Source of the DNA: Hyaloraphidium curvatum SAG 235-1
Lineage: Eukaryota > Fungi > Monoblepharomycota
Direction: 5' to 3'
NCBI GenBank assembly: GCA_025558095.1
Contig: JAIVFI010000020.1
Span: 645,541 to 709,540 of the forward strand
Length of the DNA: 64,000 nt
In this document: positions 59,432 to 64,000 of the stretch, piece after piece
Layout: every line of letters begins with the position of its first letter
Numbering within the stretch: position 1 is the first letter of the stretch
Made by a program: the position numbers and the translations under genes
The notes under the pieces: model-generated
The model's database searches: none
The model's input: the letters and a program-made list of their open reading frames with translations, nothing else
What the model was told of the DNA's origin: nothing

Positions 59432-61399
59432 ATGGGATCGGACTCGGGCGACGGCGAGGTGGAGGCGGGCCACGCGGTCTGGCTCTCGCCGGAGGGTCGA
59501 GGACGCACGGCGGCTGGGGAGTCGTCCGGTCCCTCCTGCCTTCCGCGGCCTACGGGGCCTGCGGGCGAAGCGATGGTCGCCTCTGATGGCCGCCGAACGC
59601 CAGAATGGGGCGCAATTGCGGCGGAGGCCGAGGCTTGGCGGCGCGGCGCTGCGCGGGGGGAAACGCCGGCGCCCGCGGAGTGGCCGACAGGGGACGGCGG
59701 CGAGGCGACTCCCTCGGCACCGGCGACGCCCCTGGCCGCGCGGACCGCCGAGGACGGCGACGAGGAGGTTCCCTCCGCTTGGGACCCGCCCGCGCCGGAT
59801 TTCCCGCCGCCGCCACGCGACCCCATGGGCGCGCCCCTCCCGGTGGCCGACCTGATGCTCGGCCTGGACTCCTTTTGGCAACGGCTGCACACCACTTTCC
59901 CCGTCGTGCACCGCGCATCCTTCGAGGCGGCCTTCACGCGCCCCGGCGGGCCGATGCCCGGGACACCTCTGTTTCCGCGAGGCGCCCCGCTGATGCTCCT
60001 GCACACGCTGGCCGGCTTCGGCGCCCTGTTCCTGGAAGAGGTGCCCAACGCAAAGCGCGCCGCCCTCGCCAAGGCGTGCTGCGAGCGCGCCAAGGTCCTG
60101 GCCCTGGCGACGTTCGACACCCTCCCGGCGCGCGACGACCTCGAGCTGGGCCTGGCGTGCTACTACCTTGTCGGGGTGGCGGTCGTGGCAGGGCAGCCCG
60201 CAGCCGCCGCTCCGCTCATACGCCGGACGGCCGAGACCGCTGAAGCCCTGTTCCGCGCACTCCCGCAAGGCCCGCCGCAGACGGCGGCGGCGTGGCTCTG
60301 GCGCGAGTGCGTGCTCCGCCTCCGGATCGGAACCGCGCACGCCGACATTGGCCAGGCACACCTCACGGGTCTGCCGGCGTTCGGGAACTACTTCTCCGGC
60401 GCCTGCCCGCTGCCCTCCCCGGAGCCGTACTTCGAGGCCCGCGACGGCGGGGCGGCCTTCTCGATGGCGCAACTGCTGTGGCTGGCGGGCGAGCCCGTCG
60501 TAGATTTCGGGCGCGACCCCTCCTCGGGTGAAGCCCTCGTCGGGTGCTCCGCCTCCCTGGCGCGCCATGCGCTCTCCACCTCTTCGTCAACTGCGCTGTA
60601 CCAGCTCGCTCAGCTCCTCCGGCACGCCGCGTGCGAGGCGCAGCACCGCGCGCCCGCCTACGAGCTGTCCGCCCGCACGTGGGACGTTTCCTTGGCACTG
60701 GACGCCGCCATAGGTGCCATGCCGGCCGACGTCCGCGGCCCCCTCTCCAAGGGAGACCCTGGACCGTTCCTGGACCACTGCACCGCGCACCACGGCGACT
60801 TCCCCCACGCCTCCGCCGCCCTGCAGTGCGTGGTCCTCTGCTTCGGCCTCGTCGTCTTTGCCTTTTCCGAGGCCGGGATGCCCGTCCAGGCCGTGCGGCG
60901 CTCCCTCGTGCTCGCCGGGCTGCTCTCCGGCCTCGCGAAGCGCGACCCCACCTTCGCCACCGCCTCCTTCGCCATCGCCGTGCCCGCCTACGCCGCCGGC
61001 CGCGCCGTACTCCGCTGCATCCGCGAACCCCCGGCCAGCTCGCGGCCCGAGGCGCTGTACCCCGCCGCGCGCGAGCTCTGCGCGGCGCTGGAGCTGCTGG
61101 CCGCGAGGATGGGGCTGCAGGTGCGCAGGGTGGCGGCGGTGTTTGCCGCCGAGATGGACGAGGCAGGGGTGCCGCCCGATGCGGGGTTCTTTGGGGAGCT
61201 GCTGGGGATCGAGGCGGGGACGCTTGCGTCGAGAGGCTTCTCGGGGGGGCTGAGGAGCGCGACCCTTTCCGCCGAGGAGGAGGCCGCTGAGGTCGAGGGG
61301 CCGATGGACGAGGCGGATGCGCCCGAGGGGAGAGCTTACAGCTTCATGGATCGCGTGGCGATGGCCCTGCGGGCGAGGCGAGCCCCGGTTGCGGGGTAA
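59432..61399 (+). CDS. Fungal-TF middle-homology-domain protein without a visible Zn cluster
   Basis: GLDSFWQRLHTTFPVVHRASF, LLHTLAGFGA, WRECVLR, CPLPSPEPYF; intronless; last gene before the telomere. Confidence 0.7.
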   Translation: MGSDSGDGEVEAGHAVWLSPEGRGRTAAGESSGPSCLPRPTGPAGEAMVASDGRRTPEWGAIAAEAEAWRRGAARGETPAPAEWPTGDGGEATPSAPATPLAARTAEDGDEEVPSAWDPPAPDFPPPPRDPMGAPLPVADLMLGLDSFWQRLHTTFPVVHRASFEAAFTRPGGPMPGTPLFPRGAPLMLLHTLAGFGALFLEEVPNAKRAALAKACCERAKVLALATFDTLPARDDLELGLACYYLVGVAVVAGQPAAAAPLIRRTAETAEALFRALPQGPPQTAAAWLWRECVLRLRIGTAHADIGQAHLTGLPAFGNYFSGACPLPSPEPYFEARDGGAAFSMAQLLWLAGEPVVDFGRDPSSGEALVGCSASLARHALSTSSSTALYQLAQLLRHAACEAQHRAPAYELSARTWDVSLALDAAIGAMPADVRGPLSKGDPGPFLDHCTAHHGDFPHASAALQCVVLCFGLVVFAFSEAGMPVQAVRRSLVLAGLLSGLAKRDPTFATASFAIAVPAYAAGRAVLRCIREPPASSRPEALYPAARELCAALELLAARMGLQVRRVAAVFAAEMDEAGVPPDAGFFGELLGIEAGTLASRGFSGGLRSATLSAEEEAAEVEGPMDEADAPEGRAYSFMDRVAMALRARRAPVAG

Positions 61400-61639
61400 T
61401 GCAGCCCGTATCTGTGATGCAGCGATTGTTCCAGTATACCTGGCCACCTCTCACGTTGTCGTCTCTGGATGTCGTCGCATTGGACCCACCAGGCCCTGCT
61501 GAGCCTCACCCAACGCCCCCCCGATGCTCCCCTGACGCTCCCCCGATGCTCTGCGATGCTCCTTGGAGCTCCAAAAGGCCCCTCAAGCATTGCCCTTTCC
61601 TCCCCAGTGCAGAGCAGCTGTTCCTGTGCTTCAAACTGG

Positions 61640-61712
61640 GCGTCGTCCCCGTCGTCCCCGTCGTCCCTGCCCGTCGTCCCTGCCCGCCGTCCCTGCCCGT
61701 CGTCCCTGCCCC
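61640..61712. repeat. Subtelomeric short tandem repeat (CGTCGTCCC / CCGTCGTCCCTGC)
   Basis: About six degenerate 9-13 bp units directly visible. Confidence 0.75.
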
Positions 61713-61914
61713 ACTGCCGCACAGCATCGCCGAGTTCGCCTTCACGCACACGATGTCGTCAAACTATGCTGGGGGCGCGCCGGATTGTTCACCAATCCTC
61801 AGCCAACATCAGGAAATCCTTCGAGTCCATCCACAGACATCAGGAAGCAGCTCGAGGCTCCCAGATGCTCGAGATGCTACCAGAATCCGAGAAGACAAAT
61901 CTGGTGACATACAG

Positions 61915-62098
61915 AGGTTAGGTTAGGTTAGGTTAGGTTAGTTTAGTTTAGTTAGGTTAGGTTAGGTTAGGTTAGGTTAGGTTAGGTTGGTTAGGTTAGG
62001 TTAGGTTAGGTTAGGTTAGGGTTAGTAGGGTAGGTTAGGTTAGGTTAGGTTGGTTAGGTTAGGTTAGGTTAGGTTAGGTTAGGTTAGGTTAGGTTAGG
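61915..62098 (+). repeat. Telomeric array (TTAGG)n
   Basis: ~35 pentamer units, G-rich strand running 5'->3' towards the end. Confidence 0.92.
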
Positions 62099-62100
62099 GG

Positions 62101-64000
62101 AGCGCGCGCTCTGCCTCCGAGCCGGTGGGGGGGGGAGAGAGGAAAACCGAACGAACCTAACCGAACCTAACCTAACCGAACCGAACCTAACCTAACCTAA
62201 CCTAACCGACCTAACGAACCTAACCTAACCGAACCTAACACCCTAACCTAACCTACCTAACCTAACCTAACCTAACCTAACTAACCTAACTAAACTAAAC
62301 TAACCTAACCTAACCTAACCTAACCTCTGTATGTCACCAGATTTGTCTTCTCGGATTCTGGTAGCATCTCGAGCATCTGGGGCCTCGAGCTGCTTCCTGA
62401 TGTCTGTGGATGGACTCGAAGGATTTCCTGATGTTGGCTGAGGATGGTGAACAATCCGGCGCGCCCCCAGCATAGTTTGACGACATCGTGTGCGTGAAGG
62501 CGAACTCGGCGATGCTGTGCGGCAGTGGGGCAGGGACGACGGGCAGGGACGGCGGGCAGGGACGACGGGCAGGGACGAGGGACGACGGGGACGACGCCCA
62601 GTTTGAAGCACAGGAACAGCTGCTCTGCACGGGGAGGAAAGGGCAATGCTTGAGGGGCCTTTTGGAGCTCCAAGGAGCATCGCAGAGCAGGGGAGCGTCA
62701 GGGGAGCAGGGGGGGCGGGGTGAGGCTCAGCAGGGCCTGGTGGGTCCAATGCGACGACATCCAGAGACGACAACGTGAGAGGTGGCCAGGTATACTGGAA
62801 CAATCGCTGCATCACAGATAGGGCTGCATTACCCCGCAACCGGGGCTCGCCTCGCCCGCAGGGCCATCGCCACGCGATCCATGAAGCTGTAGCTCTCCCC
62901 TCGGGCGCATCCGCCTCGTCCATGGCCCCTCGACCTCAGCGGCCTCCTCCTCGGCGGAAAGGGTCGCGCTCCTCAGCCCCCCCGAGAAGCCTCTCGACGC
63001 AAGCGTCCCCGCCTCGATCCCCAGCAGCTCCCCCAGAAACCCCGCATCGGGCGGCACCCCTGCCTCGTCCATCTCGGCGGCAAACACCGCCGACCCTGCG
63101 CACCTGCAGCCCCATCCTCGCGGCCAGCAGCTCCAGCGCCGCGCAGAGCTCGCGCGCGGGGGGTACAGCGCCTCGGGCCGCGAGCTGGCCGGGGGTTTCG
63201 CGGATGCAGCGGAGTACGGCGCGGCCGGCGGCGTAGGCGGGCACGGCGATGGCGAAGGAGGCGGTGGCGAAGGTGGGGTCGCGCTTCGCGAGGCCGGGAG
63301 AGCAGCCCGGCGAGCACGAGGGAGCGCCGCACGGCCGGACGGGCATCCCGGCCTCGGAAAAGGCAAAGACGACGAGGCCGAAGCAGAGGACCACGCACTG
63401 CAGGGCGGCGGAGCGTGGGGGAAGTCGCGTGGTGCGCGGTTTGCAGTGGTCCAGGAACGGTCAGGGTCTCCCTTGGAGAGGGGGCCGCGGACGTCGGCCG
63501 GCATGGCACCTATGGCGGCGTCCAGTGCCAAGGAAACGTCCCACGTGCGGGCGGACAGCTGTAGGCGGGGCGCGGTGCTGCGCCTCGCACGCGGCGTGCC
63601 GGAGGAGCTGAGCGAGCTGGTACAGCGCAGTTGACGAAGAGGTGGAGAGCGCATGGCGCGCCAGGGAGGCGGAGCACCCGCGGAGGCTTCACCCGAGGAG
63701 GGTCGCGCCCGAAATCTACGACGGGCTCGCCGCCAGCCACAGCAGTTGCGCCATCGAGAAGGCCGCCCCGCCGTCGCGGGCCTCGAAGTACGGCTCCGGG
63801 GAGGCAGCGGGCAGGCGCCGGAGAAGTAGTTCCCGAACGCCGCAGACCCGTGAGGTGTGCTGGCCAATTCGGCGTGCGCGGTTCCGATCCGGAGGCGGAG
63901 CACGCACTCGCGCCAGAGCCGACGCCGCCGTCTGCGGCGGGCCTTGAGGGAGTGCGCGGAGAACAGGGCTTCAAGCGGTCTCGGCGTCCGGCGTATGAGC
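62101..64000 (-). other. Fold-back: adapter-like spacer, (CCTAA)n and an indel-rich inverted copy of ~60220-61914; likely assembly artefact
   Basis: Mirror of the preceding sequence, including the GTTTAGTTTA telomere variants, with scattered 1-nt indels that break the ORF. Confidence 0.85.

Noticed and set aside
62327-64000. Second copy or pseudogene of the terminal TF-like gene
   Set aside because: Best explained as the fold-back read artefact.

Overview
This is a GC-rich (~70% by eye), gene-dense eukaryotic chromosome end with many short GT-AG introns. Donors are typically GTGGGT/GTGAG/GTGCG and branch sites CTGAC/CTGAT. A Zn2Cys6 transcription factor, PHO84 and a FOX2-type enzyme indicate a fungus, probably early-diverging (chytrid/monoblepharid-like; inference). 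About 30 genes can be modelled, ending in a (TTAGG)n telomere at ~61.9 kb; everything after ~62.1 kb is an error-rich mirror copy that looks like a missed-adapter long-read artefact. Highlights: (1) a compact four-gene cluster at 4.5-11.2 kb (crotonase, soluble cytochrome b5, hydratase-less FOX2-type dehydrogenase, class III CoA-transferase) whose spliced products all end in xKL, a candidate peroxisomal catabolic cluster; (2) an intronless bacterial-type HPF/RaiA ribosome-hibernation gene near the telomere; (3) two divergent intron-containing MscL genes with Zn-ribbon tails next to a bacterial-type Na+/H+ antiporter; (4) an inverted PHO84 pair with signs of gene conversion and GCACGTGG boxes. 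All family calls come from motif recognition by eye; no searches were run.
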